A DNA stretch of 63,792 nt, counting the filler, from Reticulomyxa filosa (Eukaryota > Protista > Foraminifera): NCBI GenBank assembly GCA_000512085.1. It is 18 parts of 18 records of this genome, joined end to end, with 100 filler letters (N's around TTAATTAATTAA, not from the genome) between each part and the next. Parts side by side here need not be neighbours in the genome. Positions count along the whole stretch, not along the records: positions 23,997 to 25,150 come from ASPP01022824.1; positions 25,251 to 38,391 come from ASPP01012168.1; 16 more parts are not named here. The stretch is one strand, 5' to 3'. Below are positions 23,997 through 38,260 of the stretch, piece after piece (position 1 is the first letter of the stretch; the number at the start of each line of letters is the position of its first letter). A model generated the notes under the pieces. The model was not told the DNA's origin. It did not search any database and was given only the letters and a program-made list of their open reading frames with translations. The position numbers and the translations under genes were made by a program.

Positions 23997-25150
23997 TTTT
24001 TTTTTTTTACACAACATTGAATTCCCAGCAAAGAATTCTTTCATCCATTTAATGGCAAACTTTGCTTCTGGACCAAATATATATGGATTGGTTTCTTTGG
24101 AAACATCGACAATCGGGAACTTTGCCAAAGAGAATACCGTACGCAATAGCTGTTTGTAGTCATGGTCAACGTCAAGTAATTGGACGGGCATTTCAATTAA
24201 AAAAGCCATATTTGAATTGACGTGGAAACATTGCACTTCCATCACCGTATTCAATGGGATGTTCACATGTTGCAAAAACAGCAGCTCAAATAAAAATGTG
24301 TCCATGGAAACTGAAACACAAGAGGATATATCCAAATGATATACTATTAGGCTGTCAACACTGTAATTGAGTTTGCTACATTTACTTTCAATAGCACTTA
24401 AATTCTCTTGTACTTTTTTTTCATTTGTGCAAGGATGATACCTCCAAAACCCCTCCATTACACTTTTCCAGTCTATAGTGCTACTGTTGAACGCAACGCG
24501 CACATCTTGCACTTTTGGATTGAACTCTCGAATCGCTGCGATATCTTGTCCAATTTTGAAGCTCTTGCCTATGCCAATTTGGTCCGAGACATACAGCTGC
24601 ACAAATGGCCTGCGATTGAGTGGAACATTTTGTAAAGCAAAAGTCCTCAAATTATTGCAATACAATTGCTGGATCAGTTGATTTGGAGTCTGGTCATTCA
24701 TGACAATATGTCGAAATAAGTGAAAGGATCTCAGTCTCTGAGACAACATATTAGTTGACGAGGTCGATATAACAACAAGTAAATAAAGTGTTTCTTTTAA
24801 CTCCGTCAACGCCTTGTCACTCAATAATAGAGTGTGAAACAACTCCGTCACACGCTCCAAAGTTTCAAGTGGTAATACTTCTGGCCACATTAAACAGTAC
24901 AACGGAGGCTGCAAATTCGTTTGTTTTGGCGCCACTTCCCAATTCATATCTCCGTGGAGTCGTTTGGCCGAAATGATGGAGCGAAACAACAAGCATTCAA
25001 TCTCCTCTTCTGTTGTGTTTTCTTTGCATATCAAAATGTGCTCAATGCGGGGAGTGAGTTCAATACATTTGAACAACTGCAAAACGCAGGACATCTTATT
25101 GTCTTTTTGAATTATCAAATTGGGTTTGCCATATTCAAGTCCACATGGGG
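23997..25150 (-). CDS. RNF213/mysterin-like giant AAA+ protein, internal fragment
   Basis: PRIEHILICKENTTEEEIECLLFR; LYCLMWPEVL; YVSDQIGIGKS (Walker-A-like); IVYHLDISSCV..MDTFLFELLFLQ; AFLIE. The order matches the first AAA region of RNF213 as I recall it. Confidence 0.78.
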
Positions 25151-25250
25151 NNNNNNNNNNNNNNNNNNNNNNNNNNNNNNNNNNNNNNNNNNNNTTAATT
25201 AATTAANNNNNNNNNNNNNNNNNNNNNNNNNNNNNNNNNNNNNNNNNNNN

Positions 25251-25279
<29 letters not shown>

Positions 25280-25285
<6 letters not shown>

Positions 25286-26503
25286 TATGTGTATGTTCCT
25301 AACGCACCAGTTCCCAGCACAAAGACGCCATCACAAGGCACGGAATAGCCTGCTCGCAGCACGACCAAGTCACCAACCACGACTTGGGGAAATGGGATTT
25401 GGATCTCTTTCCCTGCCCGAAGGACGATGCAATTTTTTTTTTCGGACTCCTCTTCCATTTCACGGAACTGTCTTTCTTTCTGATAGTTATTCAATGACCC
25501 AACAAACACCACAATAATGACAGCAACCAACACCGCCAAACCTATTTGGTTCATTTTTTTTTTTTTTTTATTCCCCCCTCCCCTCGTCGTCATCGTTAAA
25601 TATAACTGTTTTATTTGTAAGTATCAAAAACTTTATTAACTTACACTTAAAAAAAAAAAAAAGGGTTGAAGTTTTGAATGGTATGTAATTTTTTTTTTTT
25701 TTTGCACATTAAAAAAAAAAAAAATTTTGTGAACCATTTTCAAAAAAAATATAACAACAAAAAACCCACTCAAAGCTCAATTACAAACCTTCAATCCATC
25801 CATTGTGTTTTGGATCTTCGACAACGCCGATAATGATGGAGGCTATTCCTGCTAAAATCAAGACTCGCAGTATTGTGTCTTCCAAAATCTCCCATGCAAT
25901 TTCCCAAATCGGCGTCGGCGGTTTGCGGGTTATTTCATTGTGGCCGAACACTTGTCGACGAAGCTCCAAAGCCTCTTGGTCTGTTGCTTCGTCTTCATCC
26001 AGCCCGGTCGTTATATTCGTTCGCAATGCATAGGCAATTCCTTGAACGCCACCCATTTCAGCCAATCTTTTTTTTTTTTTGGTTTAAAAAAAAAAAAAGC
26101 TCACTATTTGGGTCCTAATGGGGGAAAAGGGGGGAGAATAAGTTAAAAACTGCGCTAACTTAAAAAAAAAGAGAGCTGTCTCCAAAAAGGGGGAAAACAC
26201 GTAGGAAAATATTTCAAAGAAGGGGAGAGCGGTCGTTCAAAAAAAAAAAAAAAAAATGATTTTTTGAGCTAGTTATTAATTCGAAATAAAATCCACGAAA
26301 CAGACAATAGAAAAATTTTTGCACATGCACCTGGCGATCGCAAAGTGTTCCTCTTGAAAATGGGACATCACTTCTTGATAATCACTTGCATCATAAAGCC
26401 ACTTGTGATCAAAGACTTTTTTGGCACGTGGAAACTCTGTGTGCTCTTCTTGTTGTTCTTTTGCAAACTTGTAGAATGTTTCTTGATGAATTAAAAAACT
26501 CAT
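25280..26503 (-). CDS. P2B Ca2+-ATPase (PMCA type), N-terminal exons, cut by contig end
   Basis: MGGVQGIAYALRTNITTGL; RRQVFGHNEI; WEILEDTILRVLILAG; GWIEG; NNYQKERQFR; VVVGDLVVLRAGYSVPCDG. Confidence 0.93.
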
Positions 26504-27393
26504 TTCTGCTACGCACAGTAAGTTGTATACATATACACATATTTTTTTTTTAAGAAACAAGACCGACGCGTGAACATAAAGACACAAAAGCACTCACGTT
26601 ATTAATGTTTCAGTAAAGAGAAAGCGCCACTAGAAACGCTTTAAAGATTACAAAATGGGGAAAAATAAGAAACAAGAAAAAAAGAGGAAGCCTGCACGTT
26701 CTAAGACAAGACCTAATTTTGGGTGGCGCAGAAAAAAACTGAGTTTAGAAACTACCGAACTAGATCTTCTTTGTCTTGTAAAAATCTAATGTTGATTCCT
26801 GAAAATACAATTGTGTTCGCAAATACAGAAATACTAACCCGTTGAAAAAACTTTGGATGCAAGTATGCCTATCAGTCGAACTTTTACATGCTCAAATAGA
26901 ACCAAATTTGAAAATTAAAAGAAGAGTCTGTATTCGCATTTACAAATAGCTTTATTTTTAAGATCGTGTAAGAAGCAGCACTACAAATTTATTTCATTGG
27001 CTCTTTTTGGACGCTTTACTTTTTACAACAAAAACCAAACCAAGAAAAAGACACTCTAACAAAAAAAACTCCTGAATAGAGTGTGAATTTTTTCACGTTT
27101 TAATCTATTATGCTCTCTTTTTCCTTAGGCAATGACTTGTCAACAGCTCTAGTGAGGATGTGTGTATCTATTTTGTCTCAGTTGTTTTGTGTTGTCAAGT
27201 GGGATGTTCTTGTAGAGAGAGGTCCATGAAATAAACCTTCAAATTCGTGACTTTTTACTTCAAGAGTGTCCATCCAATGAACCAACAGTTAAGAAACAGT
27301 TACAATTATGGTTGATATGATAAGGACAAGCAAGGACAGCAACAATAACACAGAAAAAAAAACAAAAAAAAGATTAAAAAAATATTTGGCGAA

Positions 27394-28183
27394 ATGCAAC
27401 AACATCACCGGCAGCAACACACCAAATTGCTTCAAAAATTGAACCAAAGTATCTTTAAGATGAAGTGCACAACACGCAACCAAGAAAAGGGCAGAGAAGA
27501 GGATCAAAAGTACAAGTATTTGAAGCTGTGCGAATGCATTGATGAAATTCGAGACCACTTGAAATCGATCAAAGAGTTGTGCAACTTCTTTGTGGTTGTC
27601 CGAAAACACAATATCGAGCAAGACAAGGAAACGTACCTGTTTCTAACTGAGCAAGCCAACATCCACGATTTTATCACATTTGACCATTGCGATTGTGTGG
27701 ACGGTGCAACCAAAGCTAAAATCCAAGTAATAATGGTAACCAAGAATCCTACGAAACAGTTTTCTGAATTACGCGTTGAAAAACTATTGACCATTAAAAA
27801 AGTACCCAGTGGACTTAGAACAAGCAATGACACATGTGTTGCTAGCCTTAACACTGGTCTGCTTTTTTTTTCCCAAGGAGAAACAGGATGTTTTAAAAAT
27901 TTTTTCTTGATTGGTTGCCAATCCAAAAAAAAAATAGAATACGTGTATGATGTGGCAGATTTTGAAATCGTGTTGTCAAGCCAAAAAGACAATACCAAGC
28001 AAGTTTTATGGTTAGTGTTGTACGATTGGAATCAGCAAAAATAAAAAATAAATTCAAAACTGTGGTGTGTCTTTCAGGCAAAAAATGGAACATAGCGAAA
28101 ATACCAGTTACATTTGGAGAATCAAGGCAGTTACAGTGAGTTCGCCGGATCTTGTCACGTGTGTCATTGATGACCCGCTTTGA
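27394..28183 (+). CDS. Hypothetical protein
   Basis: 216-aa ORF; a probable intron at about 28012-28077 leads to a last exon QKMEHSENTSYIWRIKAV...DDPL*. 5' end uncertain. Confidence 0.55.
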
Positions 28184-28674
28184 TTGCAACAAAAAAAGCC
28201 AGTTCCTTGGTCTCAACTAATAGATTGAGTAATGTATTTTTTTAATTCAAGTGCTTTTTTGTTGCAAATACGTTGCTGCATTGATATACGGAACAGCGGA
28301 AAAAAAAACCGTTTTACACTTAGAATATTGAAATGAGGTTGCAACATCAACTTTAAGTTAAGGTCATAAAATCTCAACTTCTTGTCATTTGTTTGCATTT
28401 ACTGTTGATTTGCTTATTTCTGTCCAAATATTTGGCAGTAAATTTCTTCATGAATTTGCTAATTTTATTTCAAATGTGGGGTTTGCAATTTGCACATAGA
28501 AGAATTACATGCTAGTATGTAAATAAGATTAACTTTTAAACAAAGCAAAAAAACTTAAAAAAATGACAGAGTAGAACATATTTTTCGTCATATTTCTCAA
28601 GCAATAAGATTGTCTTATTTCTGCCAACAACTGACAAGTGTAGAAACTTGTTGGTTTGTCAGAATTTGGCTTGG

Positions 28675-31600
28675 TTAATCGTTTTCCAGATCTATGACTT
28701 CTTCTGAAACATTATCGTTGTTAATTGGTGAAGTATTCTTGTGCTCGACGCCATCTTGTTCATCATCTATTGTTTCGAGTTCTAGTTTCGACACATCCTC
28801 TCCAACTTCTTTGCAAATCGTGTTCAACATTTCCCAATCTAAATACTGAATAAATGTTATTGTGTTTAAATCGGATTTGTGGTTAAATTTGATTATTTTG
28901 GCAAAGCAATAAACAAAAACATTTAAAAAGTACTGTACTGGTCCTAAATGGATGTTGCATTGTTGCATTCTCTGAATAATTTGAAATGCTTCTTTCATTT
29001 CATTTTTGCTAAAATGAAATTCAATTAATAAAGCAAACACATCCCCAATCCTCACACAATTGAAAACGTCCAAATTCGGTGTATTAAGCAATTTTTCGCA
29101 GATCTCGATCGTTTGTTGTTTTTGGCCATTTTGCGCTGTTTCTTTAGCTTTCACAAACTGATCAACCAGGCTTACCTTCATATTTAGATCGCTTTGTGTC
29201 GTTGTACTTGTATTATCTTTGCATTTTTTGCCTATCTTTTGTGCTTGTTTCAAAGCCCTCAAAGCTTTTTCATAATCTCTGTAATCATCAATTTCACGTT
29301 GGGCCATATTCTCATAAAATAGAGCCAAGTACTGATATGCTTTTGCCAAACTATAAAATTGAATTATTGTTTTGCTATAATCTTCGTTACTTTGCCAATC
29401 CAAAGATTGTAAATAATTTGCGACCAGAATATATATCTCCTTCTGTTTCGTTTTGGCTTAAAAAAACATGCATACGTATATATTCGATCTAAAAGCTGGA
29501 CTAAACATAAAAAGTATATACATATATTTTTGTCCCATTATTCATACCGGCATAGTAAATTGCTTTGGGTGGATCAGCGGCCTTCAACAGGCATTTAATG
29601 GCATCGATTTTGTTACCCGCTTGTGTATACTTTTTGCATGCCAGCTGATAAGATTTTTGCTGTTGCAAACACTGTCCCAATTTCAATAAAATCTGTCGAC
29701 GTTTCTGGCTATCTTGTGTATGTTCGTCCGGTGTCAATTTATCCGCCATGGCATCTGTGATGAGCACTCCATATTTGGTGCACATTTCAATTGCTTGCTC
29801 GTATTCTTGCGCATTGATCAGAAGGGTTACAGCTTTGTCTTGCTGTTCATTTGACATGAGAAAATCTGCAATGCGAAGAGACGCCGACTTTTCCAATTGC
29901 GTCGGATCATTCAATTCAGACACTTTTTTTTTAGTGTACATATATACGTATACTTTATTAGTAGGACATTATTTTATATTTTGTAAGCGACAATTGCTAA
30001 CAAAAAACAGAGGAACATTTAAAAAAACATAGTGTACCAATGTTTTGCAACGTATCAAATAAATGTTCTTGCAAGCACAGTTCCAACGCTTTGTTGATAT
30101 TACCGGCTTTATGAAATAAAATTGCAGCCTTTTCAAATTCATTGATTTCTTCAAAATATCTATTGAAGCCAAAAAAAAAAAGAATGTATATACAGTGTCA
30201 TTGAGTGACTCTCTTATTTCAGCACTCCATTTCAATACCTTGCAGCAATTTCTTTTGTGTGTCCATTTTGAGCGTTGGCATCATCGGCTTCAAGTGCAAT
30301 GGAAACGATCAGCTCATCCCATTGATTGTCTTTGCAAAGTTCAATGGCTCTGTCATATGCTTTGCAAAGCTTGAAATAGTGAATGGCTTTTTTATAATCT
30401 TGGCCATTGCCAGCAAAGAAATTCCCAAGAAAAAACACCGCGCTGAGTACTGTGTTGTGATCATCCAGGTCATTAACATTGGAGCCAGTGCCTGTCTCCT
30501 TTGTAGTTCCCTGTTGCTTTTGAAGTAATTTTTGGACCATCTCTTCTGCAAGGGACAATTGATTCGATGAGCAAAGTAAACGGATCACAGAACAGTAATC
30601 ACCTGCTTTTTCATAGTAAAAAATTGAGTCCTATTATAAATCCATTTTTGTTTTGTGTTTGCGTTGAGCGAGGGGGCACGTAACACAACAGACATGGAAA
30701 TATCCTTTTTACCTCAACATTTCCAATCGATTCTTGGTATTGAGCCCACCATTTAAACAGTTCGGGAGAATCTGAATGTTGCTTTTCAAATATAAATAGA
30801 TACAAAATAACTTTGCAAATGTTTTTCAGAATCTTCGTTGAAAGCAACACAAGAATAATTAATAGACAACAAACTTCAATGTATAATTGCAGCAACTCAA
30901 GATTGTTCTGTTGTTGCAACATTGAGGCCAATTTAGTGAATTTTTTGGACTGTTCCAAAGCACTTAAGGAGTCGTTGGTTTTGCCCAACTGTTCAAAATA
31001 TTCCCCCAGTCGATAATACGTCCCTTTTTTGTAAATGGGCTCTTGCACCTCCGCCAATTCCACACTCTCACGCCAGCATCCCAAAGCTGTTGCAATCCCA
31101 TTACAAAAAAAAATAAATAAATAAATTTTTTTTTAAAAAAAAAAGGGGTCAATATTTGATTACTTTTTCAAACCTTGATTGAGTTGAATTAACAAGTCAT
31201 AACGTCGACACTCTCGCAACATTGCTTTCGCATCTTCATACATACCCAAGTCGATGGCAATTTCCACTAACTTTCATATTGTTGTTGTTGTTGTTTTTTA
31301 TAGTTGTTGATACTATTGCTATCGTCCCTTTCCTCTCTCCCTTCTTTCAACAAAAAAGTAACTCGGAAGGTACCTTTAGCGTTTTCTCTTGCTCTTGCAC
31401 TGCGTCCATGGTGCACAATACACTATTTTGAAACAGCAATGCTGACATGGAGGATAAGTTGGATACGCAAATCTCCGCAACGTCCAGCCTTCTTGTTTTC
31501 ACACTCATTTTTGCCATACTTGTCCAGACATTAGGTGAGGTCACATTGCGAATTGACCTTTTCAAAAATAAATAAATAATCTATTCATATATGTATATGT

Positions 31601-34600
31601 ACACATATGTGCATATATAATAAAACAAACTTGAATGCCCCGTCCAGGTCTCCTACTGCTAAATGAAAAGAAAAATCCATTAAGTTGCATTTGGTATTGT
31701 TGTCCATGTTTTCGATCCCGACAAAATCTCGCATCTTTTTTTTAGCAACGCATGAGAGTGATGAGTCGTCTGTGTTACCTTTATAGCATAAAACATCACA
31801 ATTGGTATTACCAAAGGGGGAGAAAAATAACAAATTAATTTGGAAAACTCAAAGTGTTCAAGAAATAGTAATCCGGAATATTGACACCCACATAAGGCTC
31901 GGTGCAAAGGACCACTTCTTGTTTCAATAAACTGCCATTTGGTGATACAAAAAAGGAAATGATTTGGTGGTCGCAAGGACGTTTTCGATTATGTTTGTGC
32001 GTACTTTGCTCCGTCTTTGTGGAAAGGGGTGACAGTGCCGACAACTCGCTAAGATATTGAGTATACGTTTCATTTTCCAAACTGCTTCCATTGCACTGTG
32101 CCGGGTCTGTTTCCACACTCGCACATGAAACTGTCAGTAGTCTACTGTCGTTTTCGTCCCAAAAGTAGTCTTCGATCTATTTTGTTATTTTTTTTTTTTT
32201 TTGGTTCTGTAAAAGGCTGTTTTTTTAAAAAAAAACAAAATCTGTGTTTGTTAGAACATCGTGAAAGATGCACAAACTCTTTGAAACTTTTCCAATTCAA
32301 ATGACTCGGTTGCATTTTTTTCCAGATCGTATACATGGATGGCTTGAATTGAGCGATCCATTTCACCTGGATTTTCCATGAAAGAGTATACAAATGAACA
32401 TTCAAAAAAAAATTTGCCAAATGCAACCAAGAAACAAAACGACAACGTATACTTCTTTTTTTTTTGTTTTTTTGTATTCAATCCCACACAAACCAGGAAT
32501 GCCGACGAGTGATATTTTTGTTCCATTTGCATTGATCTTGACGGCGTGGACTTTGGATATTTTCAAATGGTGTAACAGGTATTTGGGCAACACGACCTTG
32601 GGGACGCCATCAGTAATGTCCCATATTTTTAATACGTGCTTGGAAGTTGCCTATGTCGCAAGACATAATGGCTTTTTTTTTTTGCTGTTGAAAAAATTAG
32701 AACAAAGAAAATCATAAAAATAAATATAAAAAAAAGAAAATAACAATAAAGCTAAACTACGACTAATAAATGAGCCCGAACATCCACCGCCACCGCATAC
32801 CCATCGTCTTCCTCTTGCAATCGGAGTGTATACGTAACGTTTCCTAACGCATCACAGAGCAAAATTGAAGTGGAATTATTTGTAACCAAGATGATGTGTA
32901 TGTCCTTGTTCATCGGCCACAAGACGTTTACTTTGTCATTGCTCGCAGTGTCCGTGGTGTTGCTTTTGCAAGCGGTGGCAAGCTTGTTTTCAATGTCGAC
33001 AATGGGAGAAGCGATATGCAATGCCAAGAGTGTGTGATGTGGCAAATCCCAGTCGTTCAATTTTTTTGGTTGCAATGCACTCCCTTCTGCCGTGAGTGAA
33101 GCTGACAGTCCATACACTTGCACGTGTTTCCCGTCGCTCAGCAAAATCAGTGGCAATGTAACATGTATATGCAATATTGCAAGGTTACTACGAATTTTTT
33201 TTATCTGTTGGAAAATAGAGAGAGAAAGAGAAAAATAGTCATACAAGTCGCATAACAAACAGACAAAAAAAAAAAAAAACAGAAATACGGAAAAAAACAC
33301 GTAAAGTGAAAACTGAGGAATCCGGTCGGCAAATCATGATTCGATTTAAGTCCATTTGCACGAATACATGCTCTCCGTACAAGCAGCGCTTTAATGGCAT
33401 TTGCTGGAAAATTTTTAAACTGTTTTGAAACGAGTTTGTCGCGCACTCATGGCATATGGCAAGCAGCACTTGCTCTTGATTGTTTCCAAATGACAATCCC
33501 GCTGTAATATTATGCACACTTTTATTAATCGTAATTGGTGGCAGTATCTCCCAATCGTCTTCTCTTTCAAAAGTTTCAACCCGATATCATTATTATTATT
33601 ATTATTATTTATTGCTATATTTATACGTATTAATAAAAAAAAAAAGAAAAAAAAGGATGGAACACTCAACGATGCTTCTTGGTCTTGCACAGGGAGTGAC
33701 TGCATGCGGGGTCGAAATTTCCATAGAACCACTCTATTTTTGACTGTGATTCCAATAAGCAGCTTTTGATGACAATCGTTAAGAAATTGAATTGTTTCGA
33801 TGGTGTCATTTGGGGCTGCCATGTGTTTAGGATCGCTCAATGGCAGCAAGTAATTCGTGGAGTTGATCGTGTCAAAAATCTGCACGGACGAGGACTCCGT
33901 ACTAATTGCAATGAGTCCATCGAATAAATAAATGCATTGCACATGTGCACTTGGTTTTATCGAGAGCTTGCACTTATTTCCATATAATCATTTTTCCAAA
34001 AAAAAAAAAAAACAGAGGCTCTATTCTTTCATTTCATATACATATACATGTATATAGGTATATATACGTATACACATATATGTGATAAAAATATAGCACA
34101 AAACTTGAGTCGATAGGGAGAGAACTCCAGATGATTGCATTACGTATAAATACAACATAAAGTCGGACGTGATTATCACCAAAGTACTTTTTAAAGGTAA
34201 ATACTGCATGCAAAAAAGCGTGACATCGTGCGCGTCCTGCTGATTGTTAAAGTTCAACATTTCATTGCAATTGCCATCGTCGTCCAACATATAAACATTG
34301 CCTCCACTCGAGCACATCCAAAAAACGTTGTTCTATATTTGTTTATTTTTTTTCTTTTTATATATTAAAAAAAAAAAAAAAGCACTACTAACGTGATATG
34401 AAAACAATATAACACAAAGTACTTTTTTTCTTGGGTTTTAGTTTCGAAGGCGTTCTCTGTTGGTTCGGTGCATTCTTCATTGGATTGAGATTGAAATAGA
34501 GTTTGATAAGAAATAGAGAGTACTCGATGTGCAATTTTTGCCGTGCAAAGTAGTTCAATAACTCCATTACTGGAAACGGTCCACACTGATATTAAACCTT

Positions 34601-35237
34601 TCTATTGTTTTGTGTGGCAGTCGTTCCTTTGTTTTGTTTGTTGTTTTTTTTGTGTGTGTGTGTGGTACGTAGCCTCTATCATTTCTAACGTAGTCCGCGG
34701 CAATCAATTTGGCGCCACAGTCACTGAAGGAGACGAGCATTTGTGATTTGTCTGCAACAGAGTGGATGGACATTTGACTTGATACGGTACCTGCGTTCGG
34801 CGTCCATGATCGCAATGATCCTAAATTTAAAGAAAGGCAAACCCAAAAAAATTACTTTTCAAAAACGACAAATGCTCCCTTTGCAAACAGAATACGTAAA
34901 CATACCATCCGACCAAAAAATGACCAAAATATTCTCCACTGGATGGAATACCAGTCTCACCACTGCACATGTACCCTTGGTTTTGGATTTGTATTTCAGA
35001 GTTGGCATCTCACATGGTGTGCCCTATATTGTCGTATTGCCAAACGTTATTTTTTTTATCGCTCCGAACTTTGTTTCCAAAAACAATTCCTTTCTTAACG
35101 TCGTTCCAGTAAAAGTCCACGTCGCCTTCCTTTGTTCCAACTGCTAAATAAGTTGGAGAAAAGGGCTTCCAAGCCATACAGCTGACATTAGCCAATGGCA
35201 ACTCTTGCTCATAAAAACTGCTAAGCAATTGAGACAT
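28675..35237 (-). CDS. IFT140: Intraflagellar transport protein 140 (IFT-A; WD40 + TPR), many exons
   Basis: N-terminal WD40 (CMAWKPFSPTYLAVGT); MRDFVGIEN; VWTSMAKMSVKTRRLDVAEIC; LFKWWAQYQESIG; YQLACKKYTQAGNKIDAIKCLLK; AQREIDDYRDYEKAL; VRIGDVFALLIE. Confidence 0.95.
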
Positions 35238-35835
35238 CTTTAAATTCCGTTCCAAAAAAGGGAACTTTAAAAAAAACAATTGGCAAAATTCGTTTCTTTT
35301 GCTATGATTTTTGCAGTCTTTAATCTGATAAATTTAAGAGACAAGCGGCTTGTATATATTTCACTCTGAAACTCCCTGTAAGGAACAGTTATACTATTTC
35401 TCATATTTTTAAAAATAAAAGTGAGGGATAATTAAAAATTTAGGGGTCATTTACTTGGCAAAAGCTGTTTCAAGAAAATTTCCGTTATAAAAAATTACTT
35501 CAATTATGCGAAATTATATTGTGAAGATATGGAATCCATTTTTAAAAAGTTATTGAAAGACTGCAAGAAGATGAGCAGCTGAATCAAAAAGTGACATTTT
35601 CAAACAAGACAAAAATTGATTTAATGGGAGAAAAAAATTATTATGTCAATGCGAACTTTCACTTTTTTTATGTTGTGATTTTTTTTTTGGTGAAGAGTTA
35701 GTGCTTTTTTTTTAGCTGACAGCTGATAACAATCACGCTTTAACATTTGCCGAAACGGCATTCAAAATCAAGCAAACGGAAGAAATTGTAAACCTTAGCC
35801 ACTAGAATAGAAATAAAACTTCAATAAAAAAATTT

Positions 35836-36401
35836 CTATTTGCTGACCGCAGATTCTCCTCCTCGTCCGCGACCTCCTCTTTTCGAGTTGAAAACTATTT
35901 TTTTTAATTTTTTTTTTTTTTTGATGTTCCCCTTTTGTCTTCCTCTTACTTAAGTCTCTGTCTCTTCCTTTTTGTCCCTCAAAAACGCTTGCTAAAATGT
36001 AATGTGGAAACACTTAACGTTTTCCGCGCCCTCGACCTCGTCCACGCACTACTTTCATTTTGGCGGCTTTGATTTCGCTGTCTTCTTCTTTCACTGAGTC
36101 CATCACATCGCTGGCTATACTCAGATATTTAACAGTATTCCCACGGATGTAACACTCGTTGATGCGCCAAAATTTGTCACCGTCTCTGCTGGTGCAAATC
36201 ACATCTTTCAAGTACAAGTTCATCCACGAGTCGCTGTTTACCAAATGTCCATTGTACGTGTCACCACTTTTCAGTTCTACCAAAATCGCGTGACCTTGCG
36301 CTGCTCGTAACAGTGATAGTGGCAACTATATGCATACACATCAAGCTTATGTGCTTTTTGGTTAAATAGAGGATTATTTGACGCTCATTACTTACCACCA
36401 T
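35836..36401 (-). CDS. LSM4: U6 snRNA-associated Sm-like protein LSm4
   Basis: Micro-exon ATGGTG|gtaagt, then [36 protein letters not shown]...[11 protein letters not shown] and an RG/RGG tail. Confidence 0.95.
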
Positions 36402-36899
36402 GATTAAACGTTCACGGAAAAAAATGTTTAGGGGAAGGTGAACGTCAAAAACCTACTCTATTGCCAAAAAACGAAATGCCTTAATAAGTACCTGGTATTG
36501 ATACTATAATGTTGGTAATTCTTTTTAAATTGAGTGTAAAAAATAAAACTTGTAAAAGGGAGGTAGAAACCGTGAACACCAAAAAAAAAAGATAGAACAA
36601 TAAGTGCATCGGTGATGATTACAGTTTTGCATGTGAACAGTGAATTGATTTCAAAGCCGTGTTGGCCACCATGTGTTCTGTATAATTTGCAGTGAACAAT
36701 CGGTCATTCGTCCGATAAGTTCAGCTTTAAACTTAAATGGGTTGTCTCAGAAACACCACCCCAAACCTGAAAAAAGTTCAATTTGGAAACATGACAATTT
36801 GGTTCACTTTCAAAGCAAAAAAGATGTATTTTTGAATAACAAAATGGGAAAATGTGTTGTTTCTTTTCCGCATTGTGATTTTTCCTACATTGTAGCCTT

Positions 36900-37693
36900 C
36901 TTTTCCCCTTTTTCTCTCTCTTTCTCTTTGTCTTTGTCTTTCTCTTTGTCTTCTGCCCCATCCTCACTGTCAAGTCCCAAAAGAATCGGTCGTTGGCAAG
37001 TGCCGCCATATTTGGAAGGGATTTCATTTTTGGGGATTATTTTCAGCATTTCACTTGAATAGCTACTCCCTAACACATGTATCTATTTATTTATTTTTTT
37101 TTTTTTAATGTGTGGAGAACCCCTTTTCGAAAAATAAGACTCAAAAAGGATGAGGAAAAAAAAAAAACACATATAAATAAAAAAATACATTATATATGTA
37201 TACATAGATGTGTATATTTGAAAAAGCAAACTTTTTGATAAGTAAGCGGATCCACGAAGTTGGAGACAATAGTCCAAATAGCTCGGAATGTCCACGGGGC
37301 ATTGACAATGTAAAGCTTATGCAACGTTTCGGGGAACAAGTGTCTATGGAAAGAGTGGTTGGACATAAGAGATGCATTTCAGATTGTTTGCACAACTTGG
37401 TGACACAAATCAGATTGAAACAAACTTCCGACCCACCCCTACTCCAAAAAAAAAAAAAAAAAAGGAGTCGTTCATTGATTATAAAATTCTTTGAGAAAAA
37501 AAAAAAACCAAAAAAAAAAAGACGCAACTGTTCTTCCCCAATAACTTTTTGCACTAAATTCTTGAACTGGTTCAGAGAAGACATTGAGGCTGCACTGACG
37601 TCCATAACCATTACATGTTTGTAAATCATCACGCCGTGCTTTTTGGAGAGTTTTTCTTTTCTTTGAGTATTCAAAAAAAAAAAAAGTACGTAC

Positions 37694-37724
<31 letters not shown>

Positions 37725-38260
37725 GTATATTTGTTATTATTATAATATACAAATGTCCCTCCTTATTTTTTTTTTTTTTTTTTTAAGAGAATGTACCGTA
37801 TTGCTAGCCGTCGCATCAACCGCAACCTGAATTTTCTCAATTTTTCATAGTCACCAGAAAAGGTCTTTTCCACGCGGGCTGGTGTCGAGCAACCGATTTC
37901 GTCGTACAATACTGGGTGTCCCTGGTCGTCCGTTCCTTCAATGGAATTTTGTTTAGTGTATTGTGACATTTGTTTGTTTGTTTGTTTGTCCGTTGAACAA
38001 TTAGCATTTAGTCATGCACACCCAACATACACACAAAAAAAGGGATTTTTGTATATGAATAATGTATCGTATATACTAAAATATCATATATGTATACATA
38101 TATATTATATATATGTATATAACACGTGTACATCTTCTTTTTCTTTTGTTACAAAACCATAAATGAAGACAGGCCACGCCTCCAAACAGTCTTTTTCTTC
38201 AGACCACGGCTCATCCAACATTGTTGGGAATTTGTACTTTTCAAAGCATTCCTATTGCGT
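36900..38260 (-). CDS. SEC14/CRAL-TRIO lipid-binding protein, multi-exon, 5' truncated
   Basis: GTDDQGHPVLYDEIG; HVMVMDVSA; FPETLHKLYIVNAPWTFRAIWTIVSNFVDPLT; IPKNEIPSKYGG. Boundaries approximate. Confidence 0.88.

Noticed and set aside
6250-25150. A defence island linking the OAS-like, MMPL and RNF213-like genes
   Set aside because: They lie on different contigs separated by artificial linkers, so there is no evidence of physical linkage.
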